A stretch of 63,877 nucleotides of DNA, filler included, from Octopus bimaculoides (Eukaryota), in assembly GCF_001194135.2 (NCBI RefSeq). It is 4 parts of 4 records of this genome, joined end to end, with 100 filler letters (N's around TTAATTAATTAA, not from the genome) between each part and the next. Parts side by side here need not be neighbours in the genome. Positions count along the whole stretch, not along the records: positions 32,923 to 51,939 come from NC_068988.1; positions 52,040 to 63,877 come from NC_068990.1; 2 more parts are not named here. The stretch is one strand, 5' to 3'. The notes under the pieces are model-generated. The model was not told the origin of the DNA. It saw only the letters and a list, made by a program, of their open reading frames with translations, and ran no database searches. Each line of letters begins with the position of its first letter. Position 1 is the stretch's first letter. Of this stretch, positions 50,946 through 63,877 are shown piece by piece. A program made the position numbers and the translations under genes.

Positions 50946-52639
50946 CCTTAATTATTAGACTTTTCCGTGATTTTTGAAAAAGAATTGGAGCAAAAACTGT
51001 GTATTCCATTAGGGATGTAGAAAAAAAAAAAGAGAGCTTTGGCAATATGCTGTGCTTGAGAAGAAGACCCATCAAGCCAAGTGAAATCATAGTTGTGGCT
51101 GATGCTGGTGTCACGTAACTGGCACCTGTGTTGGTGGCACATGAAAAGCACCTATTGAGTCTCATGGAGTCAAAGTGGCCGATGCTGGTGTTGGGCCTCA
51201 CAGAGGCAATGACTGAGACCTTTGGTATTATGTTGTGGTTAAGAAGAAGACCCATCAAGTCAAGTAAAACCACAGTCGTGGCAGATATTGGTGTCACGCA
51301 AATGGCATCCGTGACGGAGACAAGTAAAAGCACCCATTACACTCTCAGAGTGGTTGGCATTAGGAAGGGCATCCAACTGTAGAAAACCATGTCAAATCAG
51401 ACTGGGGTCTGGTGCAGCCTTCCAGCATGCCAGCATGGACAATGGATGCTAAATGATGATGATGATGATGATGATGAAAAACCAGACAGACAAACAATAT
51501 TATTTTAATTGTTTCAAGCAAATGAGAAACAACTGTTTCAGTCTTATTGTAGCCTCATCAGGAAGCCATAAACTTCATCATACTTGCCATATTAGTGATG
51601 AGGGAATCGTGAAGTAAATAAATGTACAGAAATATACACTGACTGACATAGTAATCTAGAATTTTATTCATTATTGCTCAGCAGTTCTGCGACACGTGAG
51701 AAAGAATTGTAACAGAAAATGTCCATAAATCCCTTTTTTTAAAAAATGTTTATTAATACAATATTTCAGTCACTGCTCCTTTGTGACAAATGTTTTAATG
51801 TGAAAGAGCTGTTTATTATGTGTTTTTACCCACTTAAAAAGAAAATTAAGGAGTGACCCCCAGAAAGGGTCACTGATGAAGTCAGGGAAGAGAAGCAAAA
51901 AGAAAGGAGAAAAAAATCATGGTTGAACTCTGTGGAACANNNNNNNNNNNNNNNNNNNNNNNNNNNNNNNNNNNNNNNNNNNNTTAATTAATTAANNNNN
52001 NNNNNNNNNNNNNNNNNNNNNNNNNNNNNNNNNNNNNNNTATATATGTATGTATGTATGCATGTATGTATGTATATACAAATATAAAAATATTGTTATAT
52101 TTCGGGATTTCTTTTATTCTTTTTTCCTTTACTTGTTTCAGCCATTTGACTGCGGCCATGCTGGAGCACCGCCTTTGGTCGAACAAGTCAGCCTCAGAAC
52201 TTATTCTTTGTATGCCTAGTACTTATTCTATCAGTCACTTCTGCCGAACCGGTTGTCAGACGATGGTGGGGGTCAGTCATAGAAACACAAACATACACAC
52301 GCACACACACACACATATATACGACGGGCTTCTTTCAGTTCTTATGTACCAAATCCATATATATATATATATGTGTGTGTGTGTGCGTGTGTATGTGTGT
52401 GTGTGTTGTGTGTGTGTGTGTGTATGTGTGTGTGTGTATGCATGCATGCATGCATGTATGTATGTATGTATGTATGTATAAATATATATGTATATATATA
52501 TGTGTATATATATATTTGTCTAATGAGTCAGACGGAATATGGAAAATACAGAATCTTAGTTAATCACTACAACTGTTTTGCTTATGTAGAATCGATCCCA
52601 CCCGCTTGGGATTCTGAATGTAATGTAATTCTTTTCTAA

Positions 52640-53010
52640 TTACATTCTTATATAAATCAATGTTGACAATGTAAATGTTACTTGTCAGCTGCTGTAAGCA
52701 TCCCTGGAGTTTTCTCGTAGTCATCAAGTAATTTCGTAACTTTCTGTTGATGTTTGTTGTCTCTTCTAGGGTACTTCCTGCATCTGACATTCTTAACTAT
52801 ATTACAAAGTTCCTCTTCGAATCTGATTGTGTTGGTTGGTCGGTCGGTGGATTTTTTCCTTGATTTTACTGCTTTTCTGAGTAAGTTTGTATGTTCAGAG
52901 TTGTCACGTGACATATCTTTTCTATCAATAAAGAAAGCCTTCCACCGCATTCTTCGAATGAACTGGCTGGCTTTCTCCAAATGTGTTCCTATATAATGTT
53001 TCCTACTGGG
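52640..53010 (-). mobile_element. Penelope-like element, N-terminal ORF fragment
   Basis: KDIAIPSRKHYIGTHLEKASQFIRRMRWKAFF...FEEELCNIVKNV...AADK. Confidence 0.7.
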
Positions 53011-53382
53011 TATAGCTATGTCTTTTACCGAAACGTCGAGTTAGTTTCTTTCCATCTTCTTGACACACTATATTATAGTACCTTACTCCCGGGAATAGTT
53101 ATTAGTTAATAAATCATATAGTATACTCGGAGTAGTTTACCTGGAAAGCACGTAAACCCTTAGTGTTCGTTGGGTATTTGATTAATGAGAGAGTTGGAAT
53201 TTGGGAGATACGACAGTCTTTATTGATCGCTACAATTGTTTCGCTCCATCTAGAGTCGATCATTCATGGGTGTTCTGTTTCACAAGATCTCTTCGTGTTC
53301 GTATGGAGGCAAACTAAGTTTTACACCTTCATTCTTACAGAAGATCCATAACAAGTGTCAGATACCATACGATTTAATAACT

Positions 53383-53418
<36 letters not shown>

Positions 53419-53524
53419 NNNNNNNNNNNNNNNNNNNNNNNNNNNNNNNNNNNNNNNNNNNNNNNNNNNNNNNNNNNNNNNNNNNNNNNNNNNNNNNNNN
53501 NNNNTATACACGCACGCATACACG

Positions 53525-53561
<37 letters not shown>

Positions 53562-53749
53562 ACTAAGAATAAGAAAGGCGAGCAGACTGAGTCCTTGTAC
53601 GCCGGGCATCAATTCTGAGCGCTATTTTTGTCCGTTTTTACTTCCTGTGTTCAAATGCCATTCGTCGTTTCCTACCGTAACCTCCAAAATTTTACGCCTC
53701 CTCTCTATAGTAGAAAAAATTATTAATTATTATTATTAACATTATTATT

Positions 53750-54560
53750 TCTCATTCTAACAGGTTTTCTTGGTGCTCCTGCAGTCTTGCATGCGTAGCG
53801 GGCTTGTTGCCTGCAGCCTACGGTGCCACGCTATCCATTGTGTTCAGTTACCTAATAGTTTCCTGGTTATTCTGACTGCGCCAAGGAAGGCAAACCATTT
53901 GTAACAGTTCTAATGGGTACTCTATTCCAATTTCCTTGATATTACTCTTGATGTCTTCTGATACTATTCCCAAGGGCCAAAAAATAATTGGCACTCTCTT
54001 CACCTTTATTTTATTTTCCATAGCCAGGTTATTTCGGACTTAAGAGGATTGTATCTACCAATCTTTTCGCCTTCCTTCTTGACTATTTGTAGGTCAATGT
54101 GGCAAGCAATAGAATATCAGCTATATAGCATATGTGGTGCATCTTGCCCACCACAACTAGATCCGGTCTGTTATGTTCTAGCACCTGGTCTGTTTGGATT
54201 GGAAAATCCCAGACGATTTTGCTAGTTTCCGACTCCACCACCCTCTGTGGTTTGTGCTCATACCACGTCTTGCTTCTCTCTAGCCCCCACTTTTCACACA
54301 GTTTCCAATGATTCACTTTCTCTATTTGATCATGTCGGCACAACTTGCAGTGGTTTGCGGCAAGCCTAGGGCATTCGTTCGTGATTGGGACAATGGTTTC
54401 ATCCACACTATTACAGATGCGGAACAGCGGGGAGACTTGCTCACTCCTAAGGTTGGTTCTCCATTTTATGACCAAAACTTGGTGTTGCGCTGCCAGTATA
54501 GTTCTCTCGGTCTCATTTTTAGTATATATATCGTTAAACTAATATGATGCGAGAGCAAAT
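53750..54560 (-). mobile_element. R4/Dong-like 3' fragment
   Basis: RICNSVDETIVPITNECP..WYEHKP..IVWDFPIQTDQVLEHNRPDLVVV; same subfamily as 9873-10030. Confidence 0.85.
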
Positions 54561-55069
54561 TGATCATAAAGAGAAAATCAATCTAATACTTCTTCTTAGA
54601 TCAAACATATTAAATATTTATTTAATGTAATACTTTTATTCGATTAACTTATTTTAACGAGTATTAATTTGACGCCTGTTTACACTCAACATACACATAC
54701 ACTATATATTTGTGTTTGTGCGCGCGTGTGTGTCTGTGTGCGTGTGCTCACGCGCATTGTTAGACCTTCACTAGAAATAGTCCGTTCAACTACATTGTAG
54801 TAAAGTGTGGCTTTATTGCACTATGAACAAGCTTTTCTCTATTCATTACCGATGAGTGTAACATATTTGTTCAAATAAATCTAGGCGCTTCGATTTTTGA
54901 AGTCGAGATATTATTTTATGAGAAAGTATTTTGAAATTGAATTTTAAAATGTTGGTTAATGTTTTCCCATTTTCATAACGGTTAATGTGTTTTAAAGGAC
55001 AAAAAAATATGGCATTACGTCAATTTGAATAAAGAGAGCTATGTTACTGATAGCAACCGATTAGCAACG

Positions 55070-55380
55070 CTGGAGCGGCTGTGTCTTAAGCAGCATGCTT
55101 CCCAACCCCATGGTTCTGGGTTCAGTCCCACTGCATGGCACCTTGGGCAAGTGTCTTCTACTATAGCCTTCGGCTGACCAAAGCCTTGGGAGTGGATTTG
55201 GTAGAGGGAAACTAAAAGAAGCCCGTCTTATATATATGCATATATACATGTGCGTGTGTCTGTGTGTGTGTGTGTGAGTGTTTACGACCCCGTAAGTACT
55301 AAATTCGATTAATTTGAGTAAAAGTTCTTTGTGGCGGTGCCCCAGTATGGCCACAGTCTAATGATTGGGAATAGTAGAAG
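55070..55380 (+). mobile_element. tRNA-derived SINE (family also at ~5300-5420, 26890-27010, 40365-40520, 63125-63275)
   Basis: GGTTCAGTCCCACTGC..GGCACCTTGGGCAAGTGTCTTCTACTATAGCC shared among copies. Confidence 0.7.
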
Positions 55381-56159
55381 CGTATGATTCAGACATCCAC
55401 AAGAAGCAGCCATTACTTTCTGCCCTGTTTGAAATCGAAAGAGAATGGCACTTATACCCTGGTACACCCAAGTATTGAAACCAAATTATAACGATCACCA
55501 TCCTTTTAGTCGGTTGATGATTGCTAGAGCTGAAAGACCAGCGAAGCCTTTCGTTTTATTTCAGCTTAGATATTATCTAAAATATCCTATACTATCACTT
55601 TCAATAACAATAGATTAAAAATGTATGACGACGGCAAAACACAATTCGGAGACAGACATTCCGTTGCGTAATACATTGTATATTATATATTCACACACGC
55701 ACGCGCACACAGCTGCACACACGCACACACACTCAACCACACACACATACACGTACACATATTCACTCATGTATATGTGTTTGTGTGTATGTATGTGTGT
55801 CTGCGTGTGTCTGTGTGAGTGTGTGTGTACACATCGCGTGAACATAACGTACACATATACCATTAGGACATTCACGATATCCGTAATGTGTATACATATA
55901 GATAGATAGATATACAGACAGACATACAGACAGACAGACAAACAGAGAAACAGACAGATAGACAGACAGNNNNNNNNNNGATAGATAGATAGATAGATAG
56001 ATAGAAAGATAGATAGATAGATAGAATGAAATGTTGATATTTTGAATGTTTTTAAAACACGTTTCGAGTATTTATGCTAGAATTTTTTTTTACATAATGC
56101 CTTCCTCAGTCAAACCATTTCAAAATAAAGTGTATCGCATCGAAGCGTAACCCTCAATG

Positions 56160-56204
<45 letters not shown>

Positions 56205-56462
56205 GTGCGTGTGTGTGTGTGTGTGTGTTTGACAACTGTTGTTAGTTTATGACTTGGTAGCTTAGTGGTTTTGCAAAAGAAACTGATAAAATAAGTGCCA
56301 GACTTAAAATATATCATGGGATAGATCTATTTGATCAACCTGGTAAGGAGGTGCTCTAGACTGACCACAGTATAATCACTGAAACAAATAAAAGAGTAAA
56401 GAGTGAAAGAATACTCATTATTTATTACATATACATTTGTGTGAATGTGGATACACGAGTAA

Positions 56463-56511
<49 letters not shown>

Positions 56512-56630
56512 TGTGTGTGTGTGTGTGTGTTCAATATATGTGACAATAACGCCGTTGTTTCGCCGAAACAGTCCCAATTGTCAAAACGAATTTATAATTA
56601 TGGATTTTGGGATAATGCATNNNNNNNNNN

Positions 56631-56669
<39 letters not shown>

Positions 56670-56949
56670 AGTGTGGATGTAGGTAAGTAAGCAAACTTAT
56701 ATACATGTTTTCATTTATATATATATATATAATTTGTGTATGTGTATATGATATAGTGAGTGTCTATTTGTATCTGCGAGTGTACATATTTGTACATCCG
56801 TGCGTGTGCCTGCGTTTGCTGTGTGTGTGTGGGGGTGACATTAAGTAGGAGCAGCTATTTCAGAAAAATTAGCTCCAAGTCACAAATGTTCCACTGCAAT
56901 TAATCTGAATTATTGTAGAATACAATGGAGAGATCTTTTATCAACTTTT

Positions 56950-57204
56950 GTCTGCTGCTGATGCTGATACTGCTACCGTTACTGCTGCTGCTGCTGCTGC
57001 TGCTGCTTCTGGGAAGCGGGGGGTGGGGTTATGGAGGTATTCCGAGATAGGAGAATTCCACTTATGATGGCAATATGTAATGTAAAGACTACCATACAGA
57101 CATAACGCCAGTTCAACCATACCTTCCGCCCTTATCCGAATTCTACCAATGACCGGTAATGATGCCGTTTTAGTTGCTGCTGCTGCAGCTTCTGCTGCTG
57201 ATGT

Positions 57205-57242
<38 letters not shown>

Positions 57243-57654
57243 CTGGTGGTGTTGGTGGTGGTGTTGGNNNNNNNNNNNNNNNNNNNNNNNNNNNNNNNNN
57301 NNNNNNNNNNNNNNNNNNNNNNNNNNNNNNNNNNNNNNNNNNNNNNNNNNNNNNNNNNNNNNNNNNNNNNNNNNNNNNNNNNNNNNNNNNNNNNNNNNNN
57401 NNNNNNNNNNNNNNNNNNNNNNNNNNNNNNNNNNNNNNNNNNNNNNNNNNNNNNNNNNNNNNNNNNNNNNNNTGGTGGTGGTGGTGGTGGTGGTGGTGAT
57501 GGCGGCGGCGGCGGCGGTGAGGGAAATGGTGGTGGTGTTGTTGGCGACGTCGATGATAATGATTTTGAGGCTGATGAAAATGACAGATGACGACAGCAAC
57601 GCCGACGCCATTGATCACCTTCGTCATCGTCATGAAAATCAAATCATGATTGTG

Positions 57655-57722
<68 letters not shown>

Positions 57723-57725
57723 TAT
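56950..57725. repeat. Compound triplet-repeat region (GCT, GAT, GGT, CAT) with a gap
   Basis: Direct reading. Confidence 0.9.
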
Positions 57726-59349
57726 ATTTACTCATAATTGTTGTTAATTGTGTCCAATATAACTTTCACAATGAAAAATAATGGTTAATTAAACATCGGA
57801 AGGAAGATTACTAACGGAGGAGATGAAGTAAAGGCAAAGTAAAGCGGTGCTGTTTATCTAAGAATTGCAGATGAAGATAATTCCAATTTTGTATCTTTTA
57901 GAACCACCACCCAACAAGTACTGCGTCGGTTACGACGACGAAGGTCCCAGTTAATCGGATCGACGAAACAGCCTACTCGTGGGCTCAACGTGCAAGTGGT
58001 TGATCACTCCACAAACACTCGTATCCTTAACGTAGTTCTCAGGGAGATTCAATATAATAAAGAATATCACACGGCCCTTTTAAAATACAGGTACACCTTA
58101 TTTTTGCCAGCTGATTGAACTGGAGTAACTTGAGATAAAGTGTCTTGTCCAAGGACTCAACGCGCCACCGGTAACTGAACCCGAGACCTTATGATCACGA
58201 ACAGAATACTCTAACATCGATGCCTCTTGCCTTCAACAAACAGATGGAAAACTATCGATCGAGCCATCTACGAAAACGGTAACACCTGAGCAGCTCCCAC
58301 ATTCGGTTTGTATCATAACCCCAATAGAGCCATTGGCATGTATTAGCATATATTTGACAGATATGTAGAATTATAATCAAAGAGAGCATTAGGCAATAGT
58401 TTCTGTGATTGATCTGTCTGATCGATTCCAGCTGTGTTTTCAATAATCTTGCTTGTTTATGTGTGAACTGTAACCTGTGAACTGTAACCGAGAAGTTAAA
58501 TGTGAATACAACCGTAGTAAAATTTAAACATAAAATGCACTTCAAGTTGAGAAGCAGCGGCATGCATAAAGCTAACTGTTTGCTGACTAGTTCTCATTTG
58601 AATATAAACTATGGAGTTCAAACTGAGCAACAACAGTAGAGTTTATGTATTAATTGCAACGCTTGACGTAACTACAATGGTTATGAATTCGCTAACATTT
58701 TTATATCTAATAAATAATACAAAAATGCAACACGGCTAAGTTACATATTGTCAGTGGTAGTGGAACATTTGGCCGCATAGGAAAATTTGCCACAAGATAA
58801 ATTTGCTGTAAGGCCAATGATAAAGCGTATCATAGCATTATATTTTTAATAAAAGAAAATGATAAAAAGTTTTATAAAACAACTAAATTGGTACGTTTTA
58901 ATCAACATCAAACATTAGAAAATAGACCTGATGAGGTCACTTAAAACGTATGACAATTTCAAGCCTTGTTGTACAAATAATCTACATCTTGCTACGGATT
59001 GTATCGAAGCATTTGGAGTCTCTTAATGTTTGACATGAATAAAGACTTATCTCCTTAATCCTTTTATAAAACCTTTTATCATTCTTTTCTTTTTATATAT
59101 TATTTCTTAAAAATGCTGATAGTAAGTGATTACCCCAAAACTGTTACCGGTGCTGGTCTCTGTAAGGTGGTTTATAAATTAAAGAATTAAATGTAATTTT
59201 ATGCAACTTCGTATTAATACGTATTATTAATATTGTATATATGTATATAAAGGGAAAATCCATGCATCAAGGTGTACGAGGTGAGTAAGCTTCGAGCAGT
59301 TAGTGAGCTTCCGGGGTTCTGCTCGCTATGAAAGCTATGTAGCCTGTTT

Positions 59350-59960
59350 TATGTATGTCTTCTCGTGCATATATTTGCATGCTCATATATGCTTAAAAGA
59401 TAAACTTCAGGAAAGTTTTACAGATTTTTACAGTTCCGTGATGGCTTGAATCTGTAGTCTTCGAATCACCTTTCTCCTTTCTGGTTTTGGGAAGCCTAAT
59501 CTCTCAGGATTGATATTTAAGTAGTGTGTTACATATCCCAGTGCTCCAATAATTACAGGTATAAACCTAAACGTGTAATAAGAATAGAGTAGCTGTAGAA
59601 TCCTTAATAGTTCAGCGTAGGTATTTTGTTTTTCGCTGAACTTTAGCTTTATGTTAATATCCACTGTGCAGCTGATTTCCACAATTGTACACAGTTTCTC
59701 TTCTCAATCCCGAATTATAATATCAGAGTTTTATGTTTACATGTTATTGTGGTTTTCACTACAACATTCCACCTAGCTACAAACATCATGTGTTATCGGT
59801 AGATAATACATTTTAATAATAGAATTACAGATAATAATAGAATGACATTTTCGAACAACTGCTTATGATGTGCATGAAATTTAACTGCACAAATCCTGCA
59901 TCGGTTTTCATATTTTGTTGCGTTTCCTGCTTCCCTGTTCCTTTTGTGCATTGCGTGTAT
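59350..59960 (-). mobile_element. R4/Dong-like 3' fragment
   Basis: EKQNTYAELLR..FIPVIIGALG..IRRLQIQAI; matches 22670-22930. Confidence 0.75.
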
Positions 59961-61284
59961 GGTACGTATGTATGTATACATGTATTAAGAGCTATAGGTA
60001 TTTTCTAGAAAAATAAATGAGACGAAATCTCAGTAAATGAACTCTGAATGTCATGAGTGATGGGCCAATAGCATTATTTTCATGTTTGGGTCTATTAACC
60101 TAGGAATATGTTGGACAGAACCATGAAGTAATGAGAAATAAGATACCATAAATAAAAAAATAAAACTCGAAATGATTTGGGATCCTGAACAGAAAAATAA
60201 AATAGTAGCTTGAGGAAAAAGTCCGTGTGCCGTGTTAAAATAATGAACGGAATGAACACACGTACCACAAAAATATATTTCAAAAAAGCATTATTTTAAC
60301 ACAGTGCACGAACTTTTTCCTCAACGTAATATTACAGAGTCTGTTGATCGAACGGAATATGAGTAGGAAAAGCATGATAGGATCAATGCAAAAGCTAGGT
60401 AGATGGATAATATTCGGAATTGTATCGACATTATTCAAATCAACTGTATGAGTTCACATAAGAATGGCCGACAAGACGTCGTATGGTATTCAAACTGCTG
60501 ATATCAGACGACACTGGATGATGTTGGTGGTTACGACGTTGACGACGGCAACGTCGACGACGGCCGTGACCACCACGAGGAGGCAGACGACGATATTGGT
60601 GGTGATGAAGAGGAATAATGTGAACAAGAAAATAGATTTCATTTGTGTTTTTCTTTAAATCATGCAGTTTTTTTTAAGTCTCTTTAGTTTAAATAGGGAA
60701 CGCTGATGAAATTCACAGCGATATCGATAAAGTGAAGATTATATATATACAATGTTTAGCGTCTTCAATCAACCATTTATACCTCTGATATATTCTATTT
60801 GATGTATTCGAAATATGCTTTTCCATAGTATGAAGTGTTCGCGTTAATCGAAATGTTTTTATTGAAATATCCAATAATTATTAGAACTGGAACGCTTTAA
60901 CGAATAGTGAGATTTGGGATCCGCCTACGCAAGATTATTTATGCATACTTAATGCAATTTTTCTTGTAGATCTTCTTAAAGCATTTATTCAGTCTCAAAG
61001 GGTAGAGAACACGAGTTTTATTTTATGTCAATATATAAAGAAAATATGAGAGAATCCAACCGCCTCAGCTAATCTTGTTAATATAAACAATATGAAATAT
61101 AAGAATGTAGAAATATGCGTTAGTAACCTTTGTTAGAAATATGAATTTAAGGAAAGAGTTATTCGAAGGATGTTTTCTATTTTTTTTTTTTTTGATCTTG
61201 TTAAAATTGTCAAAAAAAAGTCTTAATCACGAATCAACAGAAATATGCCAGAGATGCATTTTGAATGCAACTAATGTATGACGT

Positions 61285-61470
61285 GAGGCGGTGAGCTGGC
61301 AGAATCCTTAGCACGTTGCTCAAAATATTTAGAAGCAATTTACCCGGTTCTTTATTTTCTGGGTTCAAATCTCTCCGTGGTTCATTTTTCTTTTATCTCT
61401 TCAGGGTCGATAAAATAAAGTAACAGCCTAGTAATGGGACTTGCACTGTCCACTCAAAATTGCTGGTATT
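61285..61470 (+). mobile_element. SINE
   Basis: GGCGGTGAGCTGGCAGAATCCTTAGCACG...GGGTCGATAAAATAAAGTA, same family as 50445-50945. Confidence 0.7.
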
Positions 61471-63835
61471 GAACACTACAACGGATCGACATCCTACTCA
61501 TACGTCGTGACGTAGAATACACCACAAATGCTTGGTATGGGAATATTCTAAAGAGGAATCATAACAATATGTGCGGCGTCTGTTTAAACTTCGTACTTTC
61601 TTTCACTACAAACATTCACCCAACTCTTTTAACACTTCGTACGTTGGTATGGAGCCTTTGTCATAAAAATCAAGAAGGACATGACTGCATGGTTCCGACT
61701 ACATTATTCCAGTTTCAGTCCGATTGCGTAGCACTTTGGGCAGGGGTCTTATTTTATAGCTCTGGGCCAACTAATGCTTTCTGAGTGGATTTGATAGAGG
61801 AAAACTAAAGAAACTCGCCGAATATATCATATAAATGAATGATTTTGTCACGCGCGTGTCTGTTTTTGTCACCCACCGCCGCATCACAACCGTACCTTAG
61901 CCGCTCGGCAGAATAGGCTGCTACCATAAGTACTAGGCTTAAAGTACGTCTTGTGGTCGATTCATTTGACTAAAATTCTTTAACAGTGTGCCCCAGCATG
62001 GCCGTAATTTAATGGTTGAAACAAAGAAAAGATACAAGGTAAAAAATTAAATTAGAACAAAACATTATAAACACAGTAAACCCACTCCGTAATATGAGCA
62101 GATATGTGTAGTGTTGTGAGGATATGAGTCGTAGTAGGAGATACGAGTTAGGAGGCGTGATCTAAAATTTCGAACAAGTGACAGGAACAAACGGAGGCAT
62201 CTTTATCATACAATGAGCGACCGCGGACGGAAGGAACTAAAAATTGTAATGAGAATACTATGGGTAATATTATGGGTAGGAAGTAATTATTCTGGTTTTC
62301 CATCATACATCCACCATATTATGTATATGTTCCTGGGAAGGAACTAATAGAGGCTATTATACGTAATATTATGGGTAGTAAAACTAAGTACCTTGTTGTT
62401 CTATCATGTATCCAACTCATTATGCCAAAGTTTCTTGGAACTAGAATATCCGTCATTCAAATCAATCGAATACATTTGATAGATTGGAATTTTTCCATTA
62501 CTGTTAAATTGTGGTTTTAGACGTTTGATTAGGATTGTATCTTTAATACGCATTTCCGATAAGACTACCGAATGCCTGAATAGAATATATTATCGCTGTA
62601 TTCTTGTTGAAGTCGATTTTACGTTCTTTATAGAAACATCTTTAACATTCGTATGTTCTTTAATACGAATCGGTCACGGTTGGATAACACTGCCAATTTT
62701 GCAGACACCAAATTGTATAAACGGCACAATCATGAAATAATGATTATGTGGTGTCGTCGTACACTCACTGTATGTCAAGTCCGAATAATTTTTGATATCC
62801 ATCCATCGACTTCTTGCTTTTCTCTCTCACTTTTTGCCTTTCTTTATGTTATAACATTTCAACGACACAAAAATGAAATAATAACTTAAGAGAAGGAAAA
62901 CGAAACGAAATGAGCATTTCTTTTTCAAATATTAATTTCACAATCATCATAAGATTTTTCCAGTCAGTAAAGACAGAGCAGAATGAAGGTGCAACTCCTT
63001 AGGTGCTTGGCTTCGAAACAAACGCTTGTTCAATTCTACTAAGATACTTCTATTCGATAGTCCATCCTAAGTTAATTAATATCTAAACATCTTCCAAATT
63101 ATTGTTTACCAAATCGGCACAGGAAAGGCTGAGTGGCAGGAAGCTTTCTTGACAATCACATGGTTCCTGGTTCAGTCCCACTGCGTAGGTAGCACCTTGG
63201 TGAAGTGTCTTATAGCTTCAGGCCGACGAGAGCCTTGTGAGTTGATTTGGCGGACGGAAACTGAAAGACTGTCGTGCATTTATACACACACATACACACA
63301 CACACACTCACACGCACACACAATATATATGTATATATATGTATTTATGTATGTATGTGTGTGTGTATGAGTTTGTCTTCACCACAGCTTGACCATCAGT
63401 GTTGGTGTATTACGTCCTCGTAACCTGTCGGTTCATCGATATTAAATGAACACAGGCAGCAATATTTGCGCCCAGACCCAGTCACTAATGTACACTTCAG
63501 TCTTTTGATACAAAGCCATAAACATGTAAAAGTTTATATATATTTCTAAATTCAGTTTCATGTGGGTGCTACAATACATCGTCGGAATGTTACATTAAGA
63601 AAGGGACTTAACCTAGACATTGGAAGGGATGCGAAATGTAATAATGATAAGAGGTCGAGACTATGACATATGTATATATGGAAATAATTAAAACAGGTGT
63701 GCATGGAATACGTTTAGAGATGTAGGAAGATACACGTACAGAAGGTAAATACATTGGGGTGAAACTATATTTTTAGGTGTCACTTGTAAATAAGAAAACC
63801 CAATTCTTACTTTACTAAATGTTGTGAAGTGTGCG

Positions 63836-63877
<42 letters not shown>

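Noticed and set aside
51520-51575. Minus-strand CTGATGAGGCT...GACTGAAACAGTTGT hammerhead-like motif
   Set aside because: Stem II is mismatched and stem I cannot pair; at best a dead relic.
56941-57735. Poly-D/H/S/A ORF resembling a transcription-factor low-complexity region
   Set aside because: Built from triplet microsatellites across a gap, with no domain or splice support.

Overview
Eukaryotic, AT-rich, gap-riddled draft-genome window dominated by microsatellites and decayed transposons; the repeat types suggest a mollusc, probably an octopus (inference). Two host genes are recognisable and lie head-to-head. One is an intronless POFUT2 (minus, ~35941-37272). The other is the first three coding exons of MRPL13 (plus, 39118-42275). 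The rest is RTE, R4/Dong-like, Tx1/L1-like, CRE-like, HERO-like and Penelope-like retroelements, a deleted Gypsy, Tc1/mariner remnants, hAT- and piggyBac-type MITEs, and SINEs. The most unusual structure is a cluster at 20.8-26.3 kb. Three copies of a GG...CC-terminated MITE (75-85 bp TIRs; 6, 8 and 9 bp target duplications) carry 18-21 telomeric TTAGGG-type hexamers as internal cargo. A fourth, older relative has homologous ends, a degenerate telomere-like array and a remnant resembling a Merlin transposase N-terminus. Together they suggest a Merlin-type DNA transposon family that spreads interstitial telomeric repeats. Two LINEs also appear split into oppositely oriented halves that rejoin at the same motif, implying local inversions; one of these spans MRPL13 exons 1-3. 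All protein and family assignments come from remembered motifs, not database searches.
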